This document shows, one piece after another, positions 60,880 through 64,000 of a stretch of 64,000 nucleotides of DNA (the stretch's first letter is position 1; the number at the start of each line of letters is the position of its first letter). Below the pieces are notes generated by a model that saw only the letters and a list, made by a program, of their open reading frames with translations, did not search any database and was not told the origin of the DNA. The stretch spans positions 60,326,001 to 60,390,000 of the forward strand of contig OZ024747.1 in the NCBI GenBank assembly GCA_964016885.1, read 5' to 3'. Origin of the DNA: Eledone cirrhosa. Taxonomy: Eukaryota. Position numbers and translations under genes: made by a program.

Positions 60880-60952
60880 ATTCCTTCTGATGAGCGATGT
60901 CAGGCATTTCTGTTAGAATCGTCTGACTTCGTGAAACCTTGGGTAATGGAAT
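60880..60952 (+). ncRNA. Type-I hammerhead ribozyme candidate
   Basis: ATTCCTT-CTGATGA-GCGATGTCAGGC(...)GTCTGACTTCGT-GAAA-CCTTGGG-TA^ATGGAAT. GUA cleavage triplet, stem I with 6 of 7 pairs. Confidence 0.8.
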
Positions 60953-61007
60953 AATTATATTGTGTTGTTTATAGATAATTAAATATATATATATATATTA
61001 TTATTAT

Positions 61008-61385
61008 CATCATCATCATCATCACAGTTTAAAGTCCATATTTACATGCTAGCATGGGTTAGAGGAGTTGTCCTGTTGTGAGAAATGTCAGGCCAGATGA
61101 CCATGCCTTGCTCATACAGAACTGAATGCATTTTACCATGACACATACATGACCATTTTACTACAGTGTGGACTACTTGCTTTTTGTTTGACACCTACAC
61201 GACCATCTTACAGTGTGGACTGGATGCTTTTTGTCATGACACCTACATGACCATTTTACAGTGTAGACTGGGTGCTTTTTATCATGACACCTGCACGATC
61301 ACTTTACAGTGTGGACTGGAGACTTTGGTGGGAGAGGTGTGTGGGGATTTGGGTGTGTGTGAGGGGTGGAGTGTTAGGACATGTG
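61008..61385 (-). mobile_element. Diverged RTE 3' UTR with ~42-bp units
   Basis: (CAT)n, CATGCTAGCATGGG and TACAGTGTGGACTGG units. Confidence 0.7.
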
Positions 61386-61449
61386 AGGTAAATGGAAGAG
61401 GGTGGAGGTGAAGCTGGTGCACACTAGATGTATTCTTCCTGTGAATATA

Positions 61450-61745
61450 TGCATATATATATATCTACACACACATATATATATGTATATATATCTACAC
61501 ACACACACATATATATATATATCTACACACACACACATATATATATATATATCTACACACACATATATATATGTATATATATCTACACACACACACATAT
61601 ATATATATATATCTACACACACACACATATATATATATATATCTACACACACATATATATATGTATATATATCTACACACACACACATATATATATATAT
61701 CTTCACACACATACACATATATATATATATCTACACACACATATA
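61450..61745. repeat. ATCTA(CA)n(TA)n composite minisatellite
   Basis: Directly visible. Confidence 0.85.
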
Positions 61746-61849
61746 GGTAGATAGGTGGGTAGGTACACACACACACATGCACAGTTTTCTTCTTTTCAGT
61801 TTCCACTTACCAATTTCACCATTGCTTGACCTCAGATTATAGTAGAAGG

Positions 61850-62008
61850 GATTGGTAGTATCAGCATAGAGGTACGGCCCTTTATGATCGGATTTTGAAT
61901 CCCACCGAGGTTAACTTTGCCCGTCATCCTTTCGGGGTTTGATAAAATAAAGCACCAGTAATGCACTGGGGTAATTGCTGGCCCTGTGCCAAAAGTAGAA
62001 ACAATTAT
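61850..62008 (+). mobile_element. SINE A
   Basis: GAGGTTAACTTTGCCCGTCATCCTTTCGGGG...GTAGAAACAATT. Confidence 0.8.
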
Positions 62009-62081
62009 AATAGAAGTAATTTACCATGGTGCCACATAGTAGGACTGATCTTGAAACCATGTTGTTCTGCAATGAATTCCT

Positions 62082-62561
62082 TAACTTTTTCAATGACCAC
62101 ATTTCTAATGAAGTACACTCTATTTCAATTAATTATGGAAGAATTTTTAAGGATTTACTAAAATTATTATTTATTATATTACTAAGATAGAAACTTAGTG
62201 TAATGTTCTCAAAATTATGTTTGAAGATTTCAATTTAAATTAGAAACCTTTAAAATATATGGTTTTATTTCCTAGAACCAGAGCCGGTTTTGGCTGGATT
62301 GGTAACTAAAGTGTTAACATAGGTAGTTTTATTTCATAAAACAAGTGCTAGTTTTGGCCAGGTTTATAACTAAAGGGTAGTTAGTTTATTTCATATATCC
62401 AGAGTTGATTTTGGACGGATTGATAAATAAATGGTTAAAAAAGGTGATTTTATTTCATAGAACCAGAGCTTGTTTTGGCTGGGTTGGTAAAGAGTTAAAA
62501 TAGCTGGTTTTATTTCTCAGAATCAGAGCTGGTTTTGGCCAGATTAGTAACTAAAGGGTTA
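62082..62561 (+). mobile_element. piggyBac-type MITE family 2 with right end tandemly repeated about 5 times
   Basis: Body homologous to 45284-45480. ~60-65-bp units TTTTATTTCATAGAACCAGAGC...GGTAACTAAAGGGTTAA. Confidence 0.75.
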
Positions 62562-63129
62562 AAAAACATAGTCACGTCTGTGTTTAGAGTTGAAAGAAAA
62601 CACAATCTGTATATCACTAAATTTTACATTCTCCTAGAATGACTTGTGTTGTATTTCATTTAATATTACTAGGATCTATGTAGTGCCTCACAAACTACAC
62701 TTAATATCACATTATTTAATCACTCCTGTAAATGTCTTTCAATTTAAGTTAACCCTTTCATTTCTATAGCTTCTAATTGTTGTATAAATAGCAATTAACT
62801 GTGAATTATCTGTTGGAACCAATTGACAAAGGTCTGATAGTTTAGTAACCAAAGCTGCTGCTGTTTGTAGTGACCATGTCTAACAATAATTACTGTAATT
62901 ATACATTAGTTAACATGATTATAATGCATTGTGTTATGTGTGGTATATATTAAAGTAACTTGAGCCAAACTATTTTATAAATCGGGGAGGTGGGGCTGCA
63001 GATGCAATAACAAACAGTTGAATTTACTTCATTGTTTTTACTGCAAGAGAACCTAACATTTGCTGGATTAATAGGGGTTTGATCTTACTGCAATTCATTT
63101 AACATTGTATAAATACACACACACACATA

Positions 63130-63472
63130 TCATCATCATCACCGTTTAACATCCACTTTCCACGCTAGCCTGGATTAGACAGGTTGGATCAGGTGACAGT
63201 GTCTTGCTCATATGGAACTGTTCTGGCTAGATTTCTAGACCTGGATGCCCTTTCTAACACCAACCACATTTACATTGTCTGCTGGGTGTTTGTGTTGTGG
63301 CACATATATTGCCACTTTACTGTGTGTGCTGAGTGTTTCTGTTGTGACCCTTACACAACCACTTTACAGTGTGCACTGAGTGCTTTTTGTCATGACTCTT
63401 ACACAACCACTTTACAGTGTGCACTGGGTACTTTTTGTTGTGACACCTAAACGACCGCTTTACAGTGTGGGC
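63130..63472 (-). mobile_element. Diverged RTE 3' UTR
   Basis: CGTTTAACATCCAC, GGATGCCCTTTCTAACACCAACC and 42-bp units. Confidence 0.75.
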
Positions 63473-63655
63473 TGTATATATATATATATCAGTATATAGA
63501 GAGAAATACACAAAGATGTATGTATTTAATCAAAGGAGATAGAGAACCAATGGAAAAGCAGACATAAAAACGATGATGATGATCATATACATGTATCATC
63601 ATCTCATCAGCATTGTTGTTTTAACATCTGCTATCCCTGTTAGCAAGGGTATACA

Positions 63656-63777
<122 letters not shown>

Positions 63778-64000
63778 TGCATAAAGAATTGTATTCATAT
63801 TATTATATCATTGGCCTCAATGTTTCAGCGATTTTTCAATTCACTATACAGCTTCTTTGACAAGTTTGGGAGGGATTTAGTAATATAACTAAATTTCTCA
63901 CTATTAATCTGGTGTTTGGAGCATAACTTAACAAAGGTTCTTCCATAAAATTATATTGGAAGTTTTTAGATAAATATAAACATTTTAAACACTTTAACCT

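Overview
AT-rich, repeat-saturated eukaryotic DNA. I find no intact protein-coding gene and no true tRNA or rRNA gene. The repeat set suggests a cephalopod (octopus-like) intron or intergenic region, but that is an inference and not a database match. It includes two tRNA-derived SINE families, RTE LINEs ending in (GAT)n, Tx1/L1-clade LINE 3' ends in (ATT)n, TTAA-flanked piggyBac-type MITEs, hAT MITEs and many micro/minisatellites. Nearly all long ORFs in the track are translations of simple repeats. The genuine coding remnants are RTE, Tx1/L1 and CRE-clade retrotransposon fragments. Main observations: (1) several short elements inserted in (TA)n carry minimal type-I hammerhead ribozyme motifs of the Penelope-like kind (about 4088, 12398, 30493, 60218, 60316, 60880, plus degenerate ones). 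One is a spacer-less 258-bp palindrome (60165-60422) with a hammerhead on each strand. (2) A ~2.5-kb array of 42-bp units arose in frame from the last 14 codons of a Tx1/L1 ORF2, and several other arrays are seeded by transposon parts. (3) Fold-back palindromes recur at the truncated 5' ends of retroposons. (4) A tandemly duplicated 73/74-nt exon-like segment differs partly by synonymous changes. Coordinates were counted by eye, and repeat boundaries are approximate.
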